A stretch of 64,000 nt of DNA from Candidatus Bathyarchaeota archaeon (GCA_963827165.1 CAWGZR010000006.1:78166-142165), one strand, 5' to 3'. Positions 20,281 through 30,489 are shown, numbered from the stretch's first letter. The notes: generated by a model not told the origin, from the sequence alone. Made by a program: numbers and translations.

Positions 20281-20627
20281 GAATAGACACCTTGCACGTA
20301 AATGGATTAAATGAGGGTTTAAGCGCTTATAACATGCTCATGTATCGCAACTGATCATCTTTCTGCGTTCATTTAACTCTGAGTTCATCAATCAGGCATT
20401 TTTTAGAGTTACATGCAGGCCTAAATTAGAGCGATTTGCCTTTTTTATGCTAAAACGGCTAAAACCCTCCCAACAATATAGCGGAACATCATTAGAGGTC
20501 CTCTTTCATTATTTTTCTATTTTACGCATGAGACAGCCTCAATGTCAAGAGGGAATTATGAACTCCGATAGGAATAACCAGCGGATGAACCTCTTTTTCT
20601 TATCGATAGCGAATTCAAATTTTGATG

Positions 20628-20705
20628 TGGTGGACCGGGCGGGATTTGAACCCGCGGCTTCCGCGTTGCGAACGCGGCGATCATACCAGGCTGATCTACC
20701 GGCCC
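20628..20705 (-). tRNA. tRNA-Ala (anticodon CGC), intronless, CCA encoded
   Basis: GGGCCGGTAGATCAGCCTGGTATGATCGCCGCGTTCGCAACGCGGAAGCCGCGGGTTCAAATCCCGCCCGGTCCACCA; G3:U70 pair, anticodon arm CCGCG-TTCGCAA-CGCGG. Confidence 0.97.
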
Positions 20706-20763
20706 AAACGGGCGCTATTTTGAAAAAATAGCAATGTGACCGCATTTAGAGGTTTCGGTTAGT

Positions 20764-20940
20764 TTATTCCTCGCCGTAACCGTGTTCCAGTCTCCCATGG
20801 GTTTTGCGGTAAAAAGAGTCATGTTCGTCTTTGCGGTCCCCGAAACGATCCATATGTTTCTGGAGATCAGCGGTAGTTAAGAATATGCAAGCGCAGTGTG
20901 GACACTTATATAAACGGTTGTTGTTTTCCTCTTCCGCCAT
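20764..20940 (-). CDS. Small zinc-finger-like protein
   Basis: MAEEENNNRLYKCPHCACIFLTTADLQKHM..., a C2H2-like start, just after ileS. Confidence 0.7.
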   Translation of the reverse strand: MAEEENNNRLYKCPHCACIFLTTADLQKHMDRFGDRKDEHDSFYRKTHGRLEHGYGEE

Positions 20941-20966
20941 ATTATTTCCCTTGTACGATTGAACAT

Positions 20967-23900
20967 TTAATGAATGTTTATGTATATCTTTTTGCCGTCG
21001 AGTTCGGATTCGCGCCATTCTGCTTCGTGTTCTTCTGTTCGCTTAATGTGCAAGTAAACGCGTCTAGCTCTCACGAGTCCAGCCATAGGCGCAAGGTACT
21101 GTTCAAGCAAACTCATGCTTTCCTCATCTAACTCGGCGATGTGCACAGACTCCAAAACTTCTGTCGGCACAAAACCCATTTCTTTACGCAGAGCCTGCAC
21201 ACGGCGGGCCAAATCCCGCATGATGCCCTCGCCAAGCAGCTTATCGTCCCGTTGCCCGCTTACGAACACCGCTATGTCTTCTTCCTGCGAAGAAACCCAG
21301 TTTTCTCCTCCAACATAATCAGGAACCTTGGTTGCATATTCGGCGGCTTTCACGTTTGTAAGCTCCAAAAACAGCGATTCCAAACTCTTCACTGCATCCA
21401 ACGTTTTTTCGGGGGCAACCACAATTGCTTTGCTCAACGGCCATCTCCGCTTCAGCTTGCCCTGTTGCCTCGCAGCGTAACCGATTGAAACAGTCTTAAG
21501 CAATGTGTCAAATTGTTCTTCAAGGGTTTTGTTTCGGAGTTTCCCGTTTGGCGTTGGCCACGGAGCCATGTTGACTGACTCAGGTAGGGTTGGTTCAAGA
21601 GAGCGGTAGATTTTCTGGTAAAGGGCCTCGCTAAGGTATGGTGTGATGGGGTTGAAAAGAAGCGTGACGGTTTTTAGGGTGTGGTAGAGGAGAGCGTAGA
21701 TGGTTTGGCGGCGCTCAAAGGTTTCCGGTTCGTCAGTCCAAAGTTCCTTGCGAATCATTGGTACATAGAGCCTGCTCAGAGTTTCAATCACGAAGTCGTC
21801 TAAGACAGCAACTGCCGCGTTGAACTCGCAACGCCCAAGCTTTGATGTGTAATCCTCGATTTTCTCCTGCAGTTTAGAGAGCAACCACTGGTCAGCAGCT
21901 TGAAGCTTGTCTGCTTTGCAAGCCCACTCCAAGGGGTATTTGTCGGGGGTAAATTCGTCGAAGGTTGCGTTTTGCACAAAGAACCTGCTTAAATGGTAAA
22001 GTGTTGAAAGCACTTGGTAGGAACGGCGGGTAAGTTCCTGCATGTCGAAGTTCATGAAGTCAATCGACGAGCATTTCCGCAGCATGTAGAAGCGGCAGAG
22101 GTCAGCCGAGTTTTTCTCCAGTAGCTTATTGGTTTCAACCACGTTTCCGAGGCTTTTGCTCATTTTTCTTCCTTTCGCGTCCTGCGTGAGCCCCTGAAAC
22201 AGAAAAGACCGATATGGCGCCTCAGATTTCCCTGTTAGAATTACATGCTCAAGCAGCAGGCTGTTTGCCCAACCTCGAGTTTGATCGATGCCTTCAGTTA
22301 AGAAATCTGTGGGCACAAACTTCTCAACTTCCTCATCTGTGAAACGCGCAAACGGGGATGCACCGCTGTTGTGCCACGTATCCAAAACGAAATCCTCACG
22401 ACGCATAGTTCCGCCACATTTACCACATTTAAGCGTGATGCGGTCCACCCATGGCTTATGCAGCTCAAAGTTGTCGGGGATGGCTTCTTGCGCGTTGTCA
22501 AGCAGCTCTTTTTTGCTTGCGATCAAGCGCTTTTCCCGGCATTTTTCGCAGGTCCAGATTGGCAGCGGGCTGCCCCAGATCCGTTCGCGGCTGATGCACC
22601 AGGGCTTGCCTTCTTTTAGGAACCCGAAGAAACGATTTTTGGGTTCATCAAAAAAGTACTCTACTTTTTCTGCTGCTTCCAGCACGCGGCTGTTTATTTT
22701 ATCCGTGCGAAGGAAGTATTCTTTTCTTGCTAGCCAAACCAGTTTGTGGTGGCTGCGCCAGCATGTGGGGTACTCGTGCTTCACTATCGTGACCTTGACA
22801 AAGGCGTTTCGGTTGCGGAGTTCTTCAACAACTAGGGAATCTGCGTCGCGAGCGAAAATGCCTGCCCATTGCCCTGCATCTTGTGTAAATTTCACTTCGT
22901 CGTCAAAAGGTGCATAAATTGGGACGCCTCTGCGTTGTGCAGCCCAGAAATCATCTTCACCGTTCCCTGGAGAAAGGTGCACGACGCCTGTGGCTGTGTT
23001 GACCTCAACGAAGTCTTCGCCTACTACCTTGTGAACCAGGGGATGACGGCTTTCGTTTTCTGCCTGCTTTGGAATCATGTCTTTGAGTGGGTATTCGTAG
23101 GCGGTTCCTTCCAAGCTTTTGCCAGACATACTTTCGACGATTTGGTACTTGGTGATTGCAAGCTCAGCCATCACGGGTTCAACGCGTTGCTTAACCATTA
23201 TCCAGATTTCTTCGCCGACTTTGACTTTGACGTATTCGGCGCTGGGTTGGACCGCAAGCATGGTGTCGGTTATTATGGTGAAGGGCATGGTCGTCCAAAT
23301 GAGGAAAAACTCGTTTTTGCTTCCTGTAACCTTGAATTTAAAGTACAAAGATGGGTCTTCGACCTCTTTGTAGCTGCCTTCGTAACCGACTTCGGCGCTA
23401 CTAAGACTAGTTTGGCAACCTGGGCAATAAGCGACGACGTAGTGGCCTTCCTCAAGCAACCCTTGATCCCAAGCCCGCTTTAGAATTTGCCACTCTCGTT
23501 CAATGTAGCTGTCCTTATAGGTCCAATAAGCCTTCTCCTGATTGATGAATACGCCGAGGTTCGCGTCAGCCAAAAGCCACATGGCATGGTAACGCATGAT
23601 GGCTTTCTTGCATTCCTCGATGAAACGTTCCATGCCGTATTTCTCTATTGATTCTCGCTTGTTCCGCACGCCTAGAAGCTTCTCAACTTCCAGCTCAACG
23701 GGTAAGCCTTGGCAGTCCCATCCAGCCCAAAACGGCATGTAGTAGCCCTCCATGGTTTTCCATCGATAACGGACGTCTTTCATCACACGTCCACGGGCAT
23801 GCCCAATATGCGGGATACCGTTAAGTGTCGGAGGGCCTTCAACATAGCCCAACAATCCCTTAGCATTCTTTTCCAGAAGCTCAAGTTTCTCGCGAATTTG

Positions 23901-24023
23901 CCGCTTATGCCAGAATTCGCGGATTTCTTTCTCCAAAGCAAGCGGAGCGTAATTTGTTGGTAAACTTGACGAATCAGTTTGGGTTTCTTCGATGTCTGTC
24001 ACGGCGTTCATCCCGTACCGCAA
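20967..24023 (-). CDS. ileS: Isoleucine--tRNA ligase
   Basis: EGPPTLNGIPHIGH, GWDCQGLPVE, WTTMPFT, EGIDQTRGW, KMSKS. Confidence 0.97.
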   Translation of the reverse strand: MRYGMNAVTDIEETQTDSSSLPTNYAPLALEKEIREFWHKRQIREKLELLEKNAKGLLGYVEGPPTLNGIPHIGHARGRVMKDVRYRWKTMEGYYMPFWAGWDCQGLPVELEVEKLLGVRNKRESIEKYGMERFIEECKKAIMRYHAMWLLADANLGVFINQEKAYWTYKDSYIEREWQILKRAWDQGLLEEGHYVVAYCPGCQTSLSSAEVGYEGSYKEVEDPSLYFKFKVTGSKNEFFLIWTTMPFTIITDTMLAVQPSAEYVKVKVGEEIWIMVKQRVEPVMAELAITKYQIVESMSGKSLEGTAYEYPLKDMIPKQAENESRHPLVHKVVGEDFVEVNTATGVVHLSPGNGEDDFWAAQRRGVPIYAPFDDEVKFTQDAGQWAGIFARDADSLVVEELRNRNAFVKVTIVKHEYPTCWRSHHKLVWLARKEYFLRTDKINSRVLEAAEKVEYFFDEPKNRFFGFLKEGKPWCISRERIWGSPLPIWTCEKCREKRLIASKKELLDNAQEAIPDNFELHKPWVDRITLKCGKCGGTMRREDFVLDTWHNSGASPFARFTDEEVEKFVPTDFLTEGIDQTRGWANSLLLEHVILTGKSEAPYRSFLFQGLTQDAKGRKMSKSLGNVVETNKLLEKNSADLCRFYMLRKCSSIDFMNFDMQELTRRSYQVLSTLYHLSRFFVQNATFDEFTPDKYPLEWACKADKLQAADQWLLSKLQEKIEDYTSKLGRCEFNAAVAVLDDFVIETLSRLYVPMIRKELWTDEPETFERRQTIYALLYHTLKTVTLLFNPITPYLSEALYQKIYRSLEPTLPESVNMAPWPTPNGKLRNKTLEEQFDTLLKTVSIGYAARQQGKLKRRWPLSKAIVVAPEKTLDAVKSLESLFLELTNVKAAEYATKVPDYVGGENWVSSQEEDIAVFVSGQRDDKLLGEGIMRDLARRVQALRKEMGFVPTEVLESVHIAELDEESMSLLEQYLAPMAGLVRARRVYLHIKRTEEHEAEWRESELDGKKIYINIH

Positions 24024-24065
24024 AATAAGTAAAAAGACTATATAAGGATAAAACTGGGAAGATTG

Positions 24066-24635
24066 TCAGCTTAGCAGTTTGGTTACAAATTGGGCGCTTT
24101 CTGTGGTGGCGTCTTGGTTTGTGTTTATTTTCAGTGTTTCCTTAATTGTTAAGGTGTCTCCGCTGGATAATGGGGCCACATTCTGATTCGGGTAGCTAAA
24201 GCTGCCAACTCCAAAAACTCCTATTCTTGTTTCCGTCATAGGCTTTAGGTTGCCTAAGTAAGCCTTCACTGAATCCGCTGCGTTTCCGGCGTAAATGGGA
24301 CCGCCGACAACTATAACTGCGTATTGACTGATGTTAGCGGTTGCTGCGGCGCTTTTGATTCCTGCCAACTCAACATTATATCCTCCCAGATCACCTGCAA
24401 TTTTGTCAGCAATGTTCTTCGCGGCGCCCGTAATTCCTGGGTCATAGACTACGAGCGCTTTAGCCATTATAGGTGGACCAGGCAGTGTTCGCGAGCCAGT
24501 GGCAGTGTAAGCGGCAACGTCAAGGAATACAACGCTGAGCCCTGCTACGCCAAAGGTTATGATGGCTAAAAACACAGCTAAGATAATTTTGAATATTTTT
24601 CGCATTCCCTTTTTCTCCGTTCTTGCGAGGGGCAC
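24066..24635 (-). CDS. Membrane-anchored flavodoxin-like protein
   Basis: TM, then ALVVYDPGITGAAKNIADKIA and IVVGGPIYAG. Confidence 0.75.
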   Translation of the reverse strand: MPLARTEKKGMRKIFKIILAVFLAIITFGVAGLSVVFLDVAAYTATGSRTLPGPPIMAKALVVYDPGITGAAKNIADKIAGDLGGYNVELAGIKSAAATANISQYAVIVVGGPIYAGNAADSVKAYLGNLKPMTETRIGVFGVGSFSYPNQNVAPLSSGDTLTIKETLKINTNQDATTESAQFVTKLLS

Positions 24636-24813
24636 TTATTAGCAAGCAGTTTTATTGCTCTTTCCTTTTTTTTAAAGATACATTTTTTCAACTTCGGGCG
24701 ATATTTTTCGTCTTAATTTAGGAATTATCGAATCCAAACGAAATTTGAGGACTATCTAACTTATATGTAAAAATAAGTTAACATTAGCTAACTAGGCAGG
24801 AAAGATGTAGCAA

Positions 24814-26004
24814 ATGGGAAAGTTTCGGTTAGCCGTCATAAACACTCAGCCGCCGCAGCTCTACTTCGGAGGGGTGGAAAGGCGAATAATCGAAACCACA
24901 ACACGATTGACAAACGAAGCGGACATCAATGTTTACAGCGGGACCAAAGCAGGCTTCAAAGAACCCATCAAAATCGACGGAGTAAACTTTGTCCCCTCCC
25001 ATTCAACAGACAGGCTTTTCCCTCTTGACAACTGGTCTTTCAACCGAAGCCTATCCAAGAAAGCTGGCACAATAAACACCGACATTTACGAGGCACACGC
25101 GGTAAGCGGCTACGGACTTTTAAGAACGCTGAGGCGGCAAGACATCAAGACGCCGTTTATCCACACGATTCATGGAGTTCTAGCTGACGAGTACGAGCAG
25201 GCACGCAACGCGGGTTCCCAATCACTTAGGGCGCGGGCAGCCAACTATTTCATGCATCATCTCTCCAAACTGGAGATTGAAACAGCAAAAAATGCGAATC
25301 TAATTGTCACAATAAGCAACTACTCGCTGGGAAAAATAAAAGAGCATTACGGAATTGATGCGTCAAAGATTCGAATTGTACCAAACGGAGTTGACCCCGA
25401 CAAGTTCAAACCTTCTACGGATGTCGCGGAGGCCAAGCGACAGTTCGGGTTAAGGGATGAACCCTGCGTGCTCTTCGTCGGCAGCTTGATTCCACGCAAA
25501 GGACTAGCTTTCTTGGTTGCAGCAGCCGGGAAAATCGTTAAGACCTTACCAAAAACCAAGTTTGTGATTGTCGGTGAGGGGCCACTTAAGAACCGGCTGC
25601 GTGGCAAGGTGGAGTCTGCCAACCTTTCGGGCAACTTCAAGTTCATGGGCAACCTCACCGGAGACAGACTTGCCACCGCCTACGGCTGCAGTGACATTTT
25701 TGTTTTACCATCTACGCAAGAGGGCCAAGGCATAGTGCTCCTTGAAGCCGAAGCATCAGCTAAACCTGTAGTGGCCTTCAACATAGGCGGAGTCAACGAA
25801 GCCGTACGCAATGGAGAAACAGGTTTGCTTGTCCAGCGCGGCGACACAGATGAATTGGCTAATGCGGTTGTCAGGCTTTTATCGGATAGGGACTTGCGAG
25901 AAAAGATTGGGACGGAGGCTAGGAAATTTGTTTCTGAAAACTTCACGTGGAACCTGTGCGCACAGAAGATGCTTAAGGTTTATCATGAAGCGTTGGAAAT
26001 GTGA
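24814..26004 (+). CDS. Glycosyltransferase family 4
   Basis: GGVERR, IVPNGVD, FVGSLIPRKG, LPSTQEGQGIVLLEA. Confidence 0.92.
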   Translation: MGKFRLAVINTQPPQLYFGGVERRIIETTTRLTNEADINVYSGTKAGFKEPIKIDGVNFVPSHSTDRLFPLDNWSFNRSLSKKAGTINTDIYEAHAVSGYGLLRTLRRQDIKTPFIHTIHGVLADEYEQARNAGSQSLRARAANYFMHHLSKLEIETAKNANLIVTISNYSLGKIKEHYGIDASKIRIVPNGVDPDKFKPSTDVAEAKRQFGLRDEPCVLFVGSLIPRKGLAFLVAAAGKIVKTLPKTKFVIVGEGPLKNRLRGKVESANLSGNFKFMGNLTGDRLATAYGCSDIFVLPSTQEGQGIVLLEAEASAKPVVAFNIGGVNEAVRNGETGLLVQRGDTDELANAVVRLLSDRDLREKIGTEARKFVSENFTWNLCAQKMLKVYHEALEM

Positions 26005-26555
26005 ACGTCAACGGATTTGCATAACCGTGCAAATTCGGCGTCGCTCATCCACTCAGTACGCAGATAACAGCAAATCCTTTCTTCACTGAGACCCAATCGC
26101 CTGGCTTCCTTAACCGCATAACGGTAAGCCTCAATCTCCGTGGGTCTGTCAACGTAGTCATATCGAGGATCAAAAAGTTCCAGCCCATTCATGTACTGTT
26201 TCACGTGACAGAGTTCATGGATCAGATCTAGGTAAATGTCTGTTCTGTTGCCGTTGTTCAAGTAACTTTTGCTAATGACAAGGTGACCGTCACTGCCGTC
26301 CACATACATGTAACCCATTATCCAACTGAGCTCCACGATAAGGTTGCTTAGGATTTCATCGGTTTTTTCGCCGAAGATGCCTTTAACTGCTCCATTTTTT
26401 CCGAAACCTTTGAAGTACTCCGCAAAGATGACTTTTTGATTTGGCAGGCTAAGCGGGTTAAACGGGAGTTTTCGAAACAAACGCAGAATCCTAAAAACCG
26501 CGTATTCAACGGCTGTCAAAACATATACCGCTCCTACTTGAAAGCTGCCAGACAC
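25983..26555 (-). CDS. Small HEXXH zincin-like protein (start uncertain)
   Basis: LDLIHELCHVKQ followed by YVDRPTEIEAY. Confidence 0.7.
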   Translation of the reverse strand: MSGSFQVGAVYVLTAVEYAVFRILRLFRKLPFNPLSLPNQKVIFAEYFKGFGKNGAVKGIFGEKTDEILSNLIVELSWIMGYMYVDGSDGHLVISKSYLNNGNRTDIYLDLIHELCHVKQYMNGLELFDPRYDYVDRPTEIEAYRYAVKEARRLGLSEERICCYLRTEWMSDAEFARLCKSVDVHISNAS

Positions 26556-27901
26556 TCAAGCTTCATTCCGCGACGCACGAGGTCTGGAAGGTCTTCGATG
26601 CTGCCGATGCTAGCGTCGATGTTGCGGTGAATTGGGTGGCTCCACATGCCTTCGGGAGCAAGGTTAAACTGCAAGGGCACTTCGACGTTTATGCCGTATT
26701 TTGTGCCGAAATCCTTGATTAGCTGACCTTCTTTGCAGGAATGTCGGGCAGAAGTATAACTGTGCAGAAGCCCAGACGAACCAAACGCGCCGACGCCGTG
26801 CCACATCGCAGCGTTTTCAGGCGACCCGATCGAATACAGGAAAAACTGGGGGGAAGAAGGAGTTTCCTCGAAGCTGTAATCTGAAAGTTTTTCTCCTGAA
26901 ACTGTGAAGCTGTCGTCGCAGTAAGCCACCGCAACATCCGCCTCGTCCATCGCGTTTGGGTAAAGCTTGGTGGTTTTGTATTTCACAGCAACGTCGAGAA
27001 GTTTTTTGTTGTCGAAATGGATTTTGCCGCGGGCTGCCCGTTTGGAGCCGTACCCTTTTTTTGAATGAGGCACGGTGAGCAGTGTGGTGCGATTCGCCAT
27101 GCTTCTGCCCATGCATTTGTATGCTTCGTTGACTGCGTCGTAGTCTCGGTGGCTCTCGGCGATGATGTAGTGGAGTGAGCCGTCTTTGCCTTCCGACTTC
27201 AAAGTTGAAAGAGGCATCCTAAGCGAATACAATGATAAGTTCATGCCGAAAAACTTGGATAATGGCTCAAGTTGCTTATACTTAACTGAATCAACAAAAT
27301 CCAGGTATGATCCATTAGATGCCTTAAGGCAACTGGAAATAAGCTCCGTTTCACCCTTCGAAATCAAGCTGCCATCATACTTTTTTGCATAGGCTTCATC
27401 AATCTTGAGGCTGTCAGTTTTAATGAATGCTGCTGGAAAGGCGCTTTGACCGCTGTCAACGATGGATTGCTTAAGCGGGTTCATTGAGTAACGGTCAGCT
27501 TCGACATCGTCAGTGTTCAGCAAAAAAGGAACGATGCAGCCTTGAGGCGTCTTCTTTAGGAGCTCGCAAAGCTGGACAACGTCGCCGCCGTCGGGTTCTC
27601 GCAGCCCAACCTTGTTAAAGTAGTTTGCCGTCGCTTCGAGAAGTCTTGTGCCGATGAGCCCTTGGACTTCCTCAACAGTCAAGTGAGGATTTGTGTATTC
27701 AACCGAACTTCTCAAAAAGAAGTTGTTGCCAGTGAATTGCTCGCTGACTTTTTTACCGTCAACATAGCGGAATAGAGTTACCTGCCTGCCATGTGTTTCC
27801 AGTTTGAAAGTGGATAGCTTTTTGACTAGCGCTTTCACTGGTGACATGGAGCTCCTAAGAAAATCCTGAACTAAAGCTTTACAATTATCTTCCGACATCA
27901 A
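26534..27901 (-). CDS. Uncharacterised 455-aa soluble protein
   Basis: Long ORF starting 2 nt after the GNAT gene; no family recognised. Confidence 0.85.
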   Translation of the reverse strand: MMSEDNCKALVQDFLRSSMSPVKALVKKLSTFKLETHGRQVTLFRYVDGKKVSEQFTGNNFFLRSSVEYTNPHLTVEEVQGLIGTRLLEATANYFNKVGLREPDGGDVVQLCELLKKTPQGCIVPFLLNTDDVEADRYSMNPLKQSIVDSGQSAFPAAFIKTDSLKIDEAYAKKYDGSLISKGETELISSCLKASNGSYLDFVDSVKYKQLEPLSKFFGMNLSLYSLRMPLSTLKSEGKDGSLHYIIAESHRDYDAVNEAYKCMGRSMANRTTLLTVPHSKKGYGSKRAARGKIHFDNKKLLDVAVKYKTTKLYPNAMDEADVAVAYCDDSFTVSGEKLSDYSFEETPSSPQFFLYSIGSPENAAMWHGVGAFGSSGLLHSYTSARHSCKEGQLIKDFGTKYGINVEVPLQFNLAPEGMWSHPIHRNIDASIGSIEDLPDLVRRGMKLECLAAFK

Positions 27902-27903
27902 AT

Positions 27904-28743
27904 TTATCCTCGTTCTAAAGATTCAGCCAAATATATACAATTTTTCGCAACCGCTTCACCTAAAAACATCCTAGACACAGAAAAATCTTCCTTAAAGCCG
28001 GCGCCAAAAAGCATGTCGGCGACAGCTGCCTCCTTCTTCGGAAGTACCGTGTAGACGCTTTTGCCACCTAAATTGGACAAAACCGCCCTAAGAAGAGATT
28101 TTGCAACGTCGACTTCGCTACATCGACATATGAGCGGTCCAACCCAAGCCGCTTTCCCAATAACCGTCGCCGCAACGTACCCGTCAACCATGTCACCCTG
28201 AGACTTGAAGTAGCTCAAGTTGCCCTCTTCAAGGAGGATTGATTCAAGAAGCTTGCGCCTGTCGCCCCCGAAGTATTGGCTATCAAATTTCTCGATTGCA
28301 CCCATCTGCTCCTTTCCCACAGTTGGCAAGTCTTCTGAACCAAATCTATCAAGAGCGTGCGCATGCAAAACCCAGAAATCCTCATCAACCTTAAAACCTA
28401 ATTTGGCATAGAAACTATGAAGGCTCGACTCAGCATAAAGCCCGATTGTTTGGGCACCTTTGGCTTGAAGGTAAGCTATCGAATGTTTTGTAAGAATTCG
28501 TCCGGCACCCTTTTTTCGGTATTTCTCCTTAACTATCAGATTGCCAAACCAGCCTACCTCGCCAAAACTGATGCTTGTAGCAATGCCGACTCGTTCCGCG
28601 CCGTAAAACGCGACAAAGCAGCCTTCTGGTTCAAGGCGGTTCATGAACTGGAAGTCTTCTTCCGCCATGTTCCAATTCATGGTGTTCGCGAGTTTTGTCG
28701 CAAACCCAAAATCGCCTCGACTCATAAGCTTGATCGTAAGCAT
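27904..28743 (-). CDS. GNAT N-acetyltransferase (two-domain, YitH-like)
   Basis: GWFGNLIVKEKYRKKGAGR acetyl-CoA motif, FYAKLGF, VGPLI. Confidence 0.9.
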   Translation of the reverse strand: MLTIKLMSRGDFGFATKLANTMNWNMAEEDFQFMNRLEPEGCFVAFYGAERVGIATSISFGEVGWFGNLIVKEKYRKKGAGRILTKHSIAYLQAKGAQTIGLYAESSLHSFYAKLGFKVDEDFWVLHAHALDRFGSEDLPTVGKEQMGAIEKFDSQYFGGDRRKLLESILLEEGNLSYFKSQGDMVDGYVAATVIGKAAWVGPLICRCSEVDVAKSLLRAVLSNLGGKSVYTVLPKKEAAVADMLFGAGFKEDFSVSRMFLGEAVAKNCIYLAESLERG

Positions 28744-28810
28744 AAAAAATACACAGCGTCCTCAGAGAAATAAGGGTTGGCAAACTCGACATAGAAGCTT
28801 TAGCCAAGTG

Positions 28811-29353
28811 TTAAGTCGAATGGTTTTTCTTGTTCTTTACAAAAGTGTAGGTGTGCTTTTGTCTTCTTAGCAATTTGAATAGTTCTCCGTCAGTCACTGA
28901 TAAGAGGATGCCTTGCTCCTTTAGGTGGTGGTCGCTAAAAGATATAATGCCGTCCTTCTTTAGCACCCTGTGAATTTCCTCTAGAACCGCTTTTTGATCC
29001 TCCAAATCGTGGAAGACATCGTACAGCAGCGCCGCATCTACGCTTTCATTGGGTAATCCTGTTGCGCAGTCGGATTGGATTGTTTCCACGTTTTTCAAAC
29101 CGTTCTTGGAAACTATGTCTTTGACCATTTTTATGGCGAGCGGAGTGACGTCCAAAGCGTACAGTTTGCCTGTCTCGCCGATCATTTTGGATGCGGGAAG
29201 AACGTAGCCTCCTGGTCCACAGCCATAGTCGAGCACATATGAACCCTGCTTTAACTCGACTTCTTTCAATATGTCCGCTCGTGGGTGACGGGAATCTCGA
29301 ATTTTAAATTCTAAAGCCATTAGCCTAAACCAAATGTTTGACAATCTAATCAA
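28811..29353 (-). CDS. Class I SAM-dependent methyltransferase
   Basis: VLDYGCGPG, EIHRVLKKDG. Confidence 0.92.
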   Translation of the reverse strand: MIRLSNIWFRLMALEFKIRDSRHPRADILKEVELKQGSYVLDYGCGPGGYVLPASKMIGETGKLYALDVTPLAIKMVKDIVSKNGLKNVETIQSDCATGLPNESVDAALLYDVFHDLEDQKAVLEEIHRVLKKDGIISFSDHHLKEQGILLSVTDGELFKLLRRQKHTYTFVKNKKNHST

Positions 29354-29610
29354 CGACTCCTCACTGTTACTGCTTGTTTTAGGGCGCCTGTGATTTCATT
29401 TTTAAGGTCCTCGTAGGATGCGCTCAGATGCTTTGCGTTCTCTTTTGACATGCCTTGCGCGACAAGTTGTTTTTCAAAGGCGCCTCTTGTCTTACGAACG
29501 CGGTACCCCAGCGTCAAATACATCCACATCAAACTCAGCGACAAACGCGCGATGTAAGGCGTTGACTTAACTGCCGCCGTGACCATTGTTTTAGTTTCAC
29601 TCATACCCAT
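29350..29610 (-). CDS. Hypothetical protein
   Basis: Overlaps the methyltransferase start; FEKQLVAQGMSKENAKHLSASY. Confidence 0.7.
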   Translation of the reverse strand: MGMSETKTMVTAAVKSTPYIARLSLSLMWMYLTLGYRVRKTRGAFEKQLVAQGMSKENAKHLSASYEDLKNEITGALKQAVTVRSR

Positions 29611-29634
29611 CCCTCAAAGAGAAAAAGAATGAAG

Positions 29635-30012
29635 CTACTCGTCTTTCGCTCCCTTTTCTGAATGCCAATGACCGAATCTGCCGCCGCCTGCGTTTCTGAA
29701 AAGCTGGCCTATGTTGGTGAAGGTTTGCATGTATTCCTGTGTCAGCTTGACTGCGACTTCGTCCGGGAGTCCACCTGTTTTGAGTTCTTTGTAATATGCA
29801 GCTGCTGCTTTGCCCATGTTTCTTCCAGCTTCTTCTGAGAAAACACTGCTCATTATGCTTTTGATCATTGTCGGTATTTCAGTTGAAACGACGCTGAGTA
29901 GCTCCTTAACATTTTCTGGATCCATTTTTTTGTCTTTTCTTTCTTCGCGGGACATATTTTTCAGCTCTAAAACATTAATGGAGTGGTCACTAAACTTAGG
30001 TGTTCTGCGCAA
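29635..30012 (-). CDS. Hypothetical protein (real start probably MSREER)
   Basis: GKAAAAYYKELKTGGLPDEVAVKLTQEY helical motif; operonic. Confidence 0.75.
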   Translation of the reverse strand: MRRTPKFSDHSINVLELKNMSREERKDKKMDPENVKELLSVVSTEIPTMIKSIMSSVFSEEAGRNMGKAAAAYYKELKTGGLPDEVAVKLTQEYMQTFTNIGQLFRNAGGGRFGHWHSEKGAKDE

Positions 30013-30030
30013 AAGTGACCAATCAGGTGA

Positions 30031-30489
30031 TCAGCTCTTTTCCGCCAAGTCGTAGGTAGGAGGGGTCTCCGCGTTCTTTACGAGAACTCCTTGATTTTGA
30101 AGCTTAATGACTCTTTCCCGCACAATGCGTCTGCTTGCCTTGCCCCGCATCGACGTGACTTGCCGTGTAATCGCTGAGATGTTTAGGGCTCCTTTTACTG
30201 CTAAAGCCTGGATTATACATCTTGAGATTTCATCTTGCGCGATTAAGTTTTGTTTGAGATAAGCTTGGGCGCTTTGAAGGCGGGCAGCGATCTTCAGAGG
30301 TTCACCATACATGCCGATGCCTACCCTAGTAAGCTGCAATGCAGCGGTGAATCCTTCAAACTCAGGTTTCTCAACAATAAGCTCCTCAAGCAAGTCAAGA
30401 CGCCGCAGAATTTGATCTAGTTTTTTTCCCAGTTCCTCGACATTGCTTTTAGAGTATTTCTTGTTGCTGCTCAAGTAAGCCCTGCTCAA
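30031..30489 (-). CDS. Coiled-coil plus winged-helix regulator
   Basis: DEISRCIIQAL...LNISAITRQV...GKASRRIVRERVIKL. Confidence 0.7.
   Translation of the reverse strand: MSRAYLSSNKKYSKSNVEELGKKLDQILRRLDLLEELIVEKPEFEGFTAALQLTRVGIGMYGEPLKIAARLQSAQAYLKQNLIAQDEISRCIIQALAVKGALNISAITRQVTSMRGKASRRIVRERVIKLQNQGVLVKNAETPPTYDLAEKS

Noticed and set aside
20714-20732. Inverted repeat GCTATTTT-GAA-AAAATAGC before tRNA-Ala
   Set aside because: AT-rich and short; could be a terminator or leader hairpin but cannot be assigned.
20447-20745. ORFs overlapping tRNA-Ala
   Set aside because: Shadow ORFs of the tRNA (DRAGFEPA is the typical antisense-tRNA translation).
22288-23483. Long antisense ORFs within ileS
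   Set aside because: Usual antisense shadows of a highly expressed gene; no motifs.
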